A DNA stretch of 64,000 bases from an uncultured Alphaproteobacteria bacterium (lineage in GTDB: Bacteria > Pseudomonadota > Alphaproteobacteria > Methylaequorales > Methylaequoraceae). Under the pieces are notes generated by a model, which searched no databases, was not told where the DNA came from, and saw only the letters and a program-made list of their open reading frames with translations. This document shows positions 30,370 to 38,626 of this stretch, piece by piece. The DNA lies in contig CABZMK010000004.1 in assembly GCA_902526865.1 (NCBI GenBank), positions 7,371-71,370 on the forward strand. The letters run 5' to 3'. A program made the translations under genes and the position numbers. The first letter of the stretch is position 1, and each line of letters begins with the position of its first letter.

Positions 30370-30456
30370 GCCCCTATGGCGGAATTGGTAGACGCGACGG
30401 ATTCAAAATCCGTTGAACTTCGGTTCATGTCCGTTCGAGTCGGACTAGGGGTACCA
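30370..30456 (+). tRNA. tRNA-Leu (anticodon CAA), class II, CCA encoded
   Basis: Folded by hand. Acceptor GCCCCTA/TAGGGGT (G1-U72 wobble). Anticodon stem ACGGA/TCCGT with loop TTCAAAA. Long variable arm GAAC-TTCG-GTTC. T arm GTCCG-TTCGAGT-CGGAC. Ends in ACCA. Confidence 0.9.
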
Positions 30457-30594
30457 CATTTCTAATTACCATATGGATCATTTCCAATTTAGATTTTTTT
30501 TTTTATAATATTGAACTATATTGAAATATCAAATATTCTTATACTTAATAGTATAAATCAATTACGTCTTTTTTCATAAAATATAACAAACACT

Positions 30595-31263
30595 ATGATT
30601 GAAAAAGAAAATCTGATAATTCTTGTAAAAAGAATATTTGAACAAAATAAAAATATTACCTCTGAGTTAAAAAAACTTTTAAAACTCAATAAAAATACAC
30701 CAGAAATTATTGAACTAGCCTATGATATGCAAGCTGGAGATCATATAAAGTTGGCTAACGGGAAAAATAAATATTTATATGAAAATAGAGTTAGTGAAAT
30801 GAAAGAAATTTTTTCACCCTATCTGCATGAATGTAAAACACTTTTAGATATAGGAATTGGTGAATCAGCAACTTTTTCTAGGTTTTTAAAAAAAATTGAA
30901 AATTATAATATCTCAACTTACGGATGTGATATAAGTTGGTCCAGACTATTTGCAGGACTGAAAGAAATGAAAAAAAATAAACAACTAAAAAGACTTCCAA
31001 AATTATTTGTTTCTGATTTTTCAAAAATACCTTTTGCTGATAACAGTATTGATATTACCACAAGCTTTCAAGCTTTAGAACCCAATGGAAAAAATCTTAA
31101 CAATATTATTCCTGAAATATTTAGATGTACAAACAAGTACTGTATATTTATTGAACCAGACAATAGTCTAGCAGATAATAGATCAAAAAAAAGAATGAAA
31201 ACGATGGGGTATATTCATAATTTAGATAAATATATTTTAAGGTGGGGGGGGGGAAATAATTGA
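30595..31263 (+). CDS. Class I SAM-dependent methyltransferase, apparently frame-disrupted at homopolymers (the coding signal continues to 31508)
   Basis: 222-aa ORF (LLDIGIGESATFS motif I) that stops just after a G10 run (31244-31253). The +1 frame stays open from 31253 to 31441. After a T5 run the next frame encodes a Trm112-like tail, ...ENIPILLKDKS. Confidence 0.65.
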   Translation: MIEKENLIILVKRIFEQNKNITSELKKLLKLNKNTPEIIELAYDMQAGDHIKLANGKNKYLYENRVSEMKEIFSPYLHECKTLLDIGIGESATFSRFLKKIENYNISTYGCDISWSRLFAGLKEMKKNKQLKRLPKLFVSDFSKIPFADNSIDITTSFQALEPNGKNLNNIIPEIFRCTNKYCIFIEPDNSLADNRSKKRMKTMGYIHNLDKYILRWGGGNN

Positions 31264-31530
31264 AAAAAAAAAATTTCCATTTGTTGGAAATATTTTGAAT
31301 CCTATCTCTACAACAATCGTAAGTTTGAAGAAAAAAAAAAAAAAATGTTATAAAATTTACCTATCCTGGTACTAATTATAATTTAATTGAGAAAAAAAAT
31401 TATTATTTTTGTCCTGATCTTGGAGTTTCATTTCCAATTTTAGAAAATATTCCTATCTTATTAAAAGACAAATCAATTTTAAGTACCTCTTTAAATAAAA
31501 CTTTTTAACATGAATAAAATATTTAATTTC

Positions 31531-31575
31531 TTGAACTTAGATTCAAGTCCGTTTCCGTCGAATTAGGAGCACCAC
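31531..31575 (+). repeat. Degenerate partial copy of the tRNA-Leu 3' end (variable arm to CCA)
   Basis: ttgaacttagattcaagtccgtttccgtcgaattaggagcacca matches tRNA positions 17-60 of the 60-nt reference at 34/44 (ungapped, hand count). The one base after the final cca (31575) pads the stated end. Confidence 0.55.
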
Positions 31576-31600
31576 TCCAATTCTATCATACCTTATATAT

Positions 31601-31626
31601 AAATTAAGTCAGAAATGACTTAATTT
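31601..31626. other. Perfect hairpin/palindrome (11-bp stem, 4-nt loop)
   Basis: aaattaagtca-gaaa-tgacttaattt. Lies between two tRNA-Leu-derived repeats. Could be a terminator or a recombinase site; the function is unknown. Confidence 0.4.
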
Positions 31627-31716
31627 AATTCCTAAAGATATCTTAAAAAAATTGTGAAAGTGAGTGTGTGAGAGTAAATTGAAATCCATTGTCAGAGTGT
31701 CTTTTAGAAAAATATT

Positions 31717-31776
31717 ACGGATTCAAAATCCGTTGAACTTCGGTTCATGTCCGTTCGAGTCGGACTAGGGGTACCA
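31717..31776 (+). repeat. Perfect direct repeat of the 3' 60 nt of tRNA-Leu(CAA) (attR-like)
   Basis: acggattcaaaatccgttgaacttcggttcatgtccgttcgagtcggactaggggtacca is identical (60/60) to 30397-30456. It starts inside the anticodon stem. Confidence 0.9.
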
Positions 31777-31855
31777 TTTTAAATGAATATAAGTATTAAT
31801 TTGATTATTTTTATTTGAAATATATCCGTTTAAAAAAACTAAATTAAATTCGCTT

Positions 31856-33694
31856 TTAGCGGTCTAAAATATTATTAATTTTAGAATTACAATCTTTTAA
31901 ACGCTTAATTAAAAGTAAAGCCAAATTTTTTAAAAGTGTTTCTAAAATTTTTTTTCGAGATTGTTGAATGGAATCTAAAATTTTTAGTGGCAAATAAAAG
32001 CAAGTGCACTCAGTTAAGGTTGTAACATTTGCAGATCTTTTAGATTTTGGTTCAATCAATGCAAATTCTCCAAAACAAGTTCCAGCATTAAGTGTTGTTA
32101 GAGATTTTTGGACATTAATTGCAATATCGACTTTTCCTGACTGCAAGAAATATATGCCATCAGCCTCATCACCCTTTGATATAATTTTTACATTTTTTTT
32201 AAATTTTTTTTCAATCATTCTTTCTTTTAAAAAATCCAAATCGCTATTACTAAGAGCCTTAAAAAGAAATTGTTCTTTCAAATCTTCATTTTTATTTGCT
32301 TTTTCATCAGCGCTGTACTTTTGAATCAAAAAATCTTCTACCCATCTAATTGCTTCATTATTATTTTCAAATAACCTTGTTTTATTATCGTCCATATTGC
32401 CAAGGCTCCCAATTATCTTATTCCAAGTTTGTGAATTAATTTCTATGTCACTAAAAATAATTTTTGTACTCAAACTATTTAAAGTCTGAATAAATGCATC
32501 CAGCAATTTATCTGCTCCTGAACTTAATTGACTAACCTTCCTCATAGATAAAATTATGAACTCCTTTTTATCAAGTTCTTGTAACCTGCGAACTATATAA
32601 TCTACTGCCATAAAATTAATTGATCCAGCTAGCTCGTATACATGCGCTTTGGCACCGAACTTTTCCAAAATTTTAATATTCTTCTCTTTACGTTCTGTTG
32701 AGGACCTAATGTTTTGCAAGTTGTAGCTAGCAACTATAGAGTCTTTTATGTTTCCTTCAATTTCTAGTATATGTAAATTATAGTACGAAGAAATTCTTTT
32801 ACACACCTCTATGCCTCTAACACTATTACCTTGTCTATCAAGTGGGGGTGAGAAAGTACCCAATCCGAATTGAGATGGTAGAGCAGCAATGATGCCTCCA
32901 CCTACTCCACTTTTTGCGGGAAATCCAACTCTATATACCCATTCTCCTGAGTAATCGTACATCCCAGAACTCACCATGATGGACATAGTTTTCAAAGCAT
33001 TTTCAACACTAATTACCCTTTTTTTTGTTATCGGATTAATTCCATTGCAAGCGAGGGTTGCCCCCATTGTCGCAAGATCCCTTGCAGAAACAAGTAAAGA
33101 ACATTGTTTAAAATAAGTTACAAGCGATTGTTCTACATTTGTTTTGATTATTTTGTTATTTTTTAAGAGCCATGCAATTGCTCTGTTTCGATCACCAGTA
33201 GCATTCTCTGATTTAAATACTTTTTCATCAAGACTAAGATTTCGACCAGCAAAATCACTCATTATTTTTTGAATTTTTTTGAAGGCTTTAGACTTTTCAA
33301 CTGAGCAAATTAGTGCAGTACAAGCAATAGCTCCAGCATTAATCATTGGATTGAAGGGTCTATTGTCATTTTGAAATCTAATGGAATTAAAAGCCTCTCC
33401 AGAAGGTTCAACACCTATTATTTTATTAACCTCTTTTTCACCTACTAATTCAAGTGCCAAAGAATATGCAAACGCTTTTGAGATAGATTGAATTGTAAAT
33501 TCCTGTAATGAATCTCCAATTTCATGAATGTATCCATCACTACTAGCTAAAGCGACTCCAAATTGATCGGGATTGGCGCGTGATAGTTCAGGTATGTAGT
33601 CAGCTGTTTTTCCTGACTTATTAAGTAAAACATTACTATAAATATTTTTTAAAAAACTATCTAATGGTAATGGAATTAAAGAATTGCGTTTCAT
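31856..33694 (-). CDS. glsA: Glutaminase fused to STAS and cyclic-nucleotide-binding domains
   Basis: 612-aa ORF. N-terminal glutaminase (QSISKAFAYSLAL, PFNPMINAGAI, KSGVGGGI), a central STAS-like region, and a C-terminal cNMP-binding domain (IISKGDEADGIYFLQSGKV...FGEFALI). Confidence 0.85.
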   Translation of the reverse strand: MKRNSLIPLPLDSFLKNIYSNVLLNKSGKTADYIPELSRANPDQFGVALASSDGYIHEIGDSLQEFTIQSISKAFAYSLALELVGEKEVNKIIGVEPSGEAFNSIRFQNDNRPFNPMINAGAIACTALICSVEKSKAFKKIQKIMSDFAGRNLSLDEKVFKSENATGDRNRAIAWLLKNNKIIKTNVEQSLVTYFKQCSLLVSARDLATMGATLACNGINPITKKRVISVENALKTMSIMVSSGMYDYSGEWVYRVGFPAKSGVGGGIIAALPSQFGLGTFSPPLDRQGNSVRGIEVCKRISSYYNLHILEIEGNIKDSIVASYNLQNIRSSTERKEKNIKILEKFGAKAHVYELAGSINFMAVDYIVRRLQELDKKEFIILSMRKVSQLSSGADKLLDAFIQTLNSLSTKIIFSDIEINSQTWNKIIGSLGNMDDNKTRLFENNNEAIRWVEDFLIQKYSADEKANKNEDLKEQFLFKALSNSDLDFLKERMIEKKFKKNVKIISKGDEADGIYFLQSGKVDIAINVQKSLTTLNAGTCFGEFALIEPKSKRSANVTTLTECTCFYLPLKILDSIQQSRKKILETLLKNLALLLIKRLKDCNSKINNILDR

Positions 33695-33945
33695 TAAATA
33701 AAATTGTTTGTTTAAAAGCAGCTTAACTAATTTATATATCTTAATATAAATTTACAAAAAAATAATTTTTAATTTATTACAATTCGATTAACTCTCCTTA
33801 AAGATACAACCCACCACCATGCTTTTTAAGATGATTATTTCACCATTTATGGAGATATTCTTGGAGATTTTGAAAAAAACATTGATACAAGACATTGATA
33901 CAAACAATGAAAGTCAATGGCATTAAGGGTTTGAGACCCAATGCA

Positions 33946-34005
33946 ACTGATCCAAAATCCGTTGAACTTCGGTTCATGTCCGTTCGAGTCGGACTCGGGG
34001 TACCA
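33946..34005 (+). repeat. Partial tRNA-Leu 3'-end copy (att-like)
   Basis: 57/60 identical to 30397-30456 by hand count. Preceded by an 81-nt segment (33865-33945) shared with the copy at 37076. Confidence 0.85.
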
Positions 34006-34009
34006 TTAT

Positions 34010-35164
34010 TCAAAAGTTTCTGAGCCTTTTTGGATTTAGCATTAAAATACTTGACAAAATCATGCAAGAAATAGCCAAAAAAATTGAGCTCTTGTAGTTA
34101 TTTTCTAAATCAATGAGCATACCGGAAACATATGGCCCAAGTATTTGACCAATACTAAAAGCTGTAGTCATAATAGCGACAGAAATATTAACATTTCCAA
34201 TGAATCTTTTTTTTCCTTCAACTAAAATTAATGCAACGGATCCAGGAACGCCTAAACCATAAAGTAAACAAGCAAGAAAAAAGTAACTAACATGGTTAAA
34301 AAATAAAAATGCAACACCTAGAGTAACTGTCGAACAAGAAAAAAATAATAATAAATCTGTGCTAATTTTTCTAGATAACCAATCCCAAACTAAAACCGAC
34401 GGAATCGCAAATAATCCTACTATTATCCATGACATATACTGATAAAAAGAAATTTCAAATGAATTTATAGCTATTGCACTTATAAAAGTTCCGAAAATTA
34501 TGTAACCAATGCCAAAGAAAAAATATCCCAATGAAATTATGATAAAGTTTATTTGCAGTTTACTTTTAACTGAATTTCTATCTTTGTTTTTATAATTTAA
34601 TTTTTTAGGGATAAAAATAATAATGCCGGCACATAGTAATGTTCCAATCAAACCCACAAAAATCCATTGGTGAGTCCATAGAAGATCTACGGTTGAAATT
34701 ATCCATACAATTGTAGTTCCAATTACTATTCCCAAACCAATTCCAGAAAAGTGATAAAGTTGTAAGGTTTTGTTTAAAGATTCTTTAAAGAAATTAAACA
34801 TCAATGATATTGTGTAAACAAAACCTAGAGCACTCGAAATCCCACATATAAATCTTAACGTACAAAATATCCTTAAATCTTTGGTACATCCCATTAAACA
34901 AATTGTAACCACAGAAATAATTGAAGAAAAAATAATCATTTTTCTGAAATTATTATATTTCCAAATAATTGGGATAATTGATCCTATAAGATAACCAAAA
35001 TAGTTAAATGAGGATATCATCCCCATATTTGTTGAATTTAGATATAATTCATTTTGCATGTTGGGCAATATAGGTGTGTATACAAATCTTCCAAAACCAA
35101 TAGCTATTAAGGTCGAAAAAATACCTGCAATAATAATTTTAAAATTTGCCTTTGAAAATTTCAT
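34010..35164 (-). CDS. MFS transporter (YbfB/YjiJ-like)
   Basis: 384-aa ORF with about 12 TM helices. The stop codon lies 5 nt from the att-like repeat. Confidence 0.75.
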   Translation of the reverse strand: MKFSKANFKIIIAGIFSTLIAIGFGRFVYTPILPNMQNELYLNSTNMGMISSFNYFGYLIGSIIPIIWKYNNFRKMIIFSSIISVVTICLMGCTKDLRIFCTLRFICGISSALGFVYTISLMFNFFKESLNKTLQLYHFSGIGLGIVIGTTIVWIISTVDLLWTHQWIFVGLIGTLLCAGIIIFIPKKLNYKNKDRNSVKSKLQINFIIISLGYFFFGIGYIIFGTFISAIAINSFEISFYQYMSWIIVGLFAIPSVLVWDWLSRKISTDLLLFFSCSTVTLGVAFLFFNHVSYFFLACLLYGLGVPGSVALILVEGKKRFIGNVNISVAIMTTAFSIGQILGPYVSGMLIDLENNYKSSIFLAISCMILSSILMLNPKRLRNF

Positions 35165-35187
35165 CTGAGTATTTAATTTATATATAT

Positions 35188-35976
35188 ATGAGTATAGCTA
35201 AATATTATTGGTTTTTTAGTTTTTCTATAAAATTATTTTTAGTATTTACTATGATATATCTAGCCTTTCCATTTCCTATTAAAGCTCATCACAAAATAGA
35301 TAATCCAACAATAAAATTTTCTGAATCCCCAGAAATAAGTAATTTTTTTTTTGAATGGAGGGGGCATATAAATCTTGATAGAAAAAAAGAAAATCATGAA
35401 ACGTATCACCAAGTATTAGAATTCGTTAAAGGATGGAATAAACGCTATGAAACAGATTTTGAATTACATATTGCTGATTTAAAAAATAGTTCATTAGCAA
35501 TCCCAAAAGTAAAATTTCAGAACAAATATAATTTTATTAATAACGAAAATTTTCTATTCTCAACTTTTTTTTCATTTAATTTAGCCACTGAGAAAAATAG
35601 TTCAGATCAAATAGAATATAAATTTCTATTTCAAAATAAATTTAAGTATTTTGTTTTTAATAATGGTTTTGGTTTTTATAAAAATATCAATGGAAAAAAT
35701 TCAAAAAACACGGTTCTAAAATATTTTCCATTAATTTATTTTAAAAAACCTATTATATCCGATATTCATTTGGCAATTGCAGGAAGTAGTGATTTTGGGA
35801 AAATTTCAAAGTTTAGTACTTACACTAATCAAAAACATCAATACGGACTTGGGATTAAAAAAACTTTTCAAAAAAATACCCCACGCGAAATTGATTTAAC
35901 AATTGCATATTTAAAGGGTCTGAATTCAAAGTCTTTTGATCAATCACTTATTTGGTATGTAAATAAATCATTTTGA
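35188..35976 (+). CDS. Hypothetical exported protein (possible outer-membrane protein; C-terminal Phe)
   Basis: ORF 35146-35976. The likely ATG is at 35188 (MSIAKYYWFF...). N-terminal hydrophobic signal-like segment, alternating beta-like sequence, terminal ...YVNKSF. Confidence 0.35.
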   Translation: MSIAKYYWFFSFSIKLFLVFTMIYLAFPFPIKAHHKIDNPTIKFSESPEISNFFFEWRGHINLDRKKENHETYHQVLEFVKGWNKRYETDFELHIADLKNSSLAIPKVKFQNKYNFINNENFLFSTFFSFNLATEKNSSDQIEYKFLFQNKFKYFVFNNGFGFYKNINGKNSKNTVLKYFPLIYFKKPIISDIHLAIAGSSDFGKISKFSTYTNQKHQYGLGIKKTFQKNTPREIDLTIAYLKGLNSKSFDQSLIWYVNKSF

Positions 35977-36378
35977 TTATTATGAGCTCAATTATTAATA
36001 ACAGAGTTTGTGTCCATCTAAGTAGGATATTTAGACTGCATATCAATCAATTTCGTACTAGTGGTATTAGAGATTGATTAAAACAATATAAACGCTTTAA
36101 AGTTTTTTCTTTCCTACAATTCATCCTAGCAAAATGCCTACTTCTTTAATATTTAAAAAAGTAATTCATGAACATAAACTTTATAAATCCTTAATAATTA
36201 TTTTTGGTGTATTCGCAGTTAAAAGTTGATAAGAAAATTTTGAATAAATTGAAGTAGGGAACGACTGAGGGTATTTGGACTGCTGCAACACAATACCACA
36301 AACAATTTTAAATTTTTAATTTCACAATAATATTTTCAAACTTCTTGTAAAATATTTTTTTAAAGTAATACTTATATA

Positions 36379-36885
36379 ATGAACTTTATCTTTCTAATTA
36401 TCATTCTGTTGTTTTCTTTTAATTTAAATGCATCATGCAAGTTTAAAAATTCAACTTCAAATGATGAAGTTAAATACACTATTCAGAAATCTATAAATGT
36501 TGATGACATTGAAGGTCATGTGATAAGAATTTTCAAAACAGAAACCAATCATAAAAAATCAAAAAAAAATTGTGAAGGTCTTAAGATAGTTAAAACAGAT
36601 TTTTATGGTATTAGTGATTACATTAACAAAAATGGAAGAGTAACCGGCTATTCAATTGGGATTTACGATGATGGTAGTAAAATTTTCTCTCGAGTTGATG
36701 GTGTTGCTCAAACTCCAGAGGACGTTAGTAAAAATGGCCTTGTTAATACTACAATTACAATAACGGGAGGAACTGGGATCTACAAAGGAGTAATTGGTTA
36801 TGGTAAAGGACAAGTAGAATTTAACCCCGAAACAGGCTTCTCAGCTGGAAATACAGAAACATTTTACACAATTTCAGCAAAATAA
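36379..36885 (+). CDS. Hypothetical secreted protein
   Basis: 168-aa ORF. Signal peptide MNFIFLIIILLFSFNLNA-SC. Gly/Thr-rich beta-like C-terminal half. Confidence 0.45.
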   Translation: MNFIFLIIILLFSFNLNASCKFKNSTSNDEVKYTIQKSINVDDIEGHVIRIFKTETNHKKSKKNCEGLKIVKTDFYGISDYINKNGRVTGYSIGIYDDGSKIFSRVDGVAQTPEDVSKNGLVNTTITITGGTGIYKGVIGYGKGQVEFNPETGFSAGNTETFYTISAK

Positions 36886-36887
36886 AA

Positions 36888-36963
36888 TGGCATGGCTGAG
36901 AGGATTTGAACTCCAGACATCCGGGACTGCAAACTAGCGTTCTAACCAACTGAGCTTCAGTCA
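36888..36963 (-). pseudogene. tRNA-like relic (D-loop, T-loop and CCA recognisable; stems mostly broken; GCA at the anticodon position)
   Basis: The minus strand reads ttgactg-aa-gctcagttggttagaac-g-ctagtttgcagtcccgg-atgtc-tggagttcaaatcctct-cagccat-g-cca. The acceptor pairs at 5/7 positions. The D, anticodon and T stems carry mismatches. Confidence 0.3.
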
Positions 36964-37075
36964 ACATTTTGAATAGATGCTTCTACATTCATAGAGAAAT
37001 TTTTACAGATTTTGAAAAAAAAACATTTATACAAACAATGAAAGTCAATGTAATCAGGGGCTTTAGACCCAACAC

Positions 37076-37135
37076 AACTGATTGAAAATCCCTTGAACTT
37101 CGGTTCATGTCCGTTCGAGTCGGACTAGAGGTACC
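37076..37135 (+). repeat. Partial tRNA-Leu 3'-end copy (att-like)
   Basis: 56/60 identical to 30397-30456 by hand count. Preceded by a 69-nt segment (37007-37075) homologous to 33865-33945. Confidence 0.85.
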
Positions 37136-37159
37136 ATTTTTTTAAAAACAGAGATTATT

Positions 37160-38089
37160 TTAATTTATAAATGATTGTAGATTTTTTTTGGCATATAACA
37201 TTTTAGGATAATAATGTTGTTCAAGATCTTCTAAAAGCCAATCAACATTAATTGAATCCATTTTAGTAAATAATAAGTTAGGAATCCCATGTAACTTTAA
37301 GTCAGATTTATGAGGAATGTATTTGGGTAAACCGCCACTTGGATCTAAAATAAACATTTCTAAGCCATATTTTCTCATAAGAACTCTCATAGTATTTAAA
37401 GAATCATTTAATCTAGCCAAACAATGAGGAGCATATTCAACAATCCAATATCGAACAATATCCTTTTTAAGAAGAGATTGGGATCCACGAAGAATTTGTC
37501 CCTCAAAACCTTCAACATCAATTTTCACAACTTTTATTTTTTTATCGTTAATTTCTTCATCTAATGTGGACGTTTTTAAACTCTCCCAATCTAAATTTTC
37601 ATTATCAGGTTTCTTAACACCATAAGATGTTCCTGAGTCATGCGAAGAAAAGTGAAAAAAAACTTCATCACCACTGTTCTCTCCAAGAATAATTTTTTTT
37701 AGTTTTATATTTCTAAAATTATTAAGTTTTATATTTGCTCTCAATTCATCAGAGCTCTCTTTTCCAGGTTCAAAAGCAATGACTTTACCCTCAGATCCTA
37801 CTAGTGAACTCATTAATAATGAATGCATTCCAATATTGGCGCCAATGTCAACACATGTGTCTTTTGGACTTATAACACGTGTTAAGAAAAGACCTATATC
37901 GTTTTCATAAAAATGTCCGTTCTTTATCCACGAATAAATAGTTTTATGATTATTTTTTTCTGGATAAAAATTATATTTAAACTCTTTTTGATGCAATTTT
38001 TTCATCAAAATTTTTCTTTCGTTCAAATAATAGCTATTGTAACTAAATCTGAGAAGTTTTTGTTCTTTAAACATAATTAAAATTAGCAA
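37160..38089 (-). CDS. FkbM-family methyltransferase
   Basis: 309-aa ORF. CVDIGANIGMHSLLMS and KIDVEGFEGQILRG motifs. It is the only gene in its repeat-bounded module. Confidence 0.75.
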   Translation of the reverse strand: MLILIMFKEQKLLRFSYNSYYLNERKILMKKLHQKEFKYNFYPEKNNHKTIYSWIKNGHFYENDIGLFLTRVISPKDTCVDIGANIGMHSLLMSSLVGSEGKVIAFEPGKESSDELRANIKLNNFRNIKLKKIILGENSGDEVFFHFSSHDSGTSYGVKKPDNENLDWESLKTSTLDEEINDKKIKVVKIDVEGFEGQILRGSQSLLKKDIVRYWIVEYAPHCLARLNDSLNTMRVLMRKYGLEMFILDPSGGLPKYIPHKSDLKLHGIPNLLFTKMDSINVDWLLEDLEQHYYPKMLYAKKNLQSFIN

Positions 38090-38252
38090 TATTTATACCA
38101 ATGGAATTAAAATAAAAAGTTCAATCACATTTATAAATTTTTGAGGAAATGTAAGGGATAGAGCAATTATTTTTCCAATTATAAAGTGACAATTCTAAAA
38201 AGTGTAATAAAAAAATTTATGTATTTAAATCAATAACTTACAATCAAATGGA

Positions 38253-38313
38253 ACTAATTCAAAATCCATTGAACTTCAGTTCATGTACGTTCGAGTCGGA
38301 CTAGGGGGTACTA
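38253..38313 (+). repeat. Partial tRNA-Leu 3'-end copy (att-like), decayed
   Basis: actaattcaaaatccattgaacttcagttcatgtacgttcgagtcggactagggggtacta. About 53-54/60 identical plus one 1-nt insertion, by hand count. Confidence 0.75.
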
Positions 38314-38626
38314 TTAAATTTATGTCTGTGTCATTAAAACAAAAGTATCAATGTCAAACACCCAGCAATACATATTGAAATAAGATCTATTCCACCTTCT
38401 TGTTCTCTTTTTATTTCTTGACCTTTAAGGTTGAAAGCAAAAATCTGCAACAGCGCAAAATATTAAATAAATTGCACCATAAATTATGATACACCAAAAT
38501 CAATGCATATAGACTAAAAAAGTATAATAAGTTTCATTAAACTACTAAAATAATTGTTGTTTTTTATTTTAGTGTTGGCAAAAATTCGTAATAAAAGTGT
38601 GTTAATCTGTGTTAAAAATATAAGCT

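Noticed and set aside
31263-31344. The A11 (31263-31273) and A14 (31331-31344) runs might be additional frameshift sites in the methyltransferase.
   Set aside because: Once the G10 run is corrected by -1, the frame passes through both A runs without a stop, encoding Lys runs. They need not be disruptive. Long A/T runs are common throughout this window.
31531-31575. A possible independent tRNA 3' fragment, or tmRNA-like end (ttcaagtcc ... gcacca).
   Set aside because: It aligns ungapped at 34/44 with the tRNA-Leu variable arm, T arm and acceptor end, so it is another decayed copy of the same sequence. No 5' half is present.
33840-34067. The 75-aa minus-strand ORF in the track.
   Set aside because: It runs antisense across the att-like repeat and the conserved element arm, and it overlaps the 3' end of the MFS gene. 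It is most likely a chance ORF.
35977-36378. The long intergenic regions (35977-36378, 38314-38626, 44648-45000, 49932-50297) might hold riboswitches or sRNAs.
   Set aside because: I read both strands and found no recognisable riboswitch core, extended conserved hairpins or repeats. I cannot support any RNA call without covariance-model searches.
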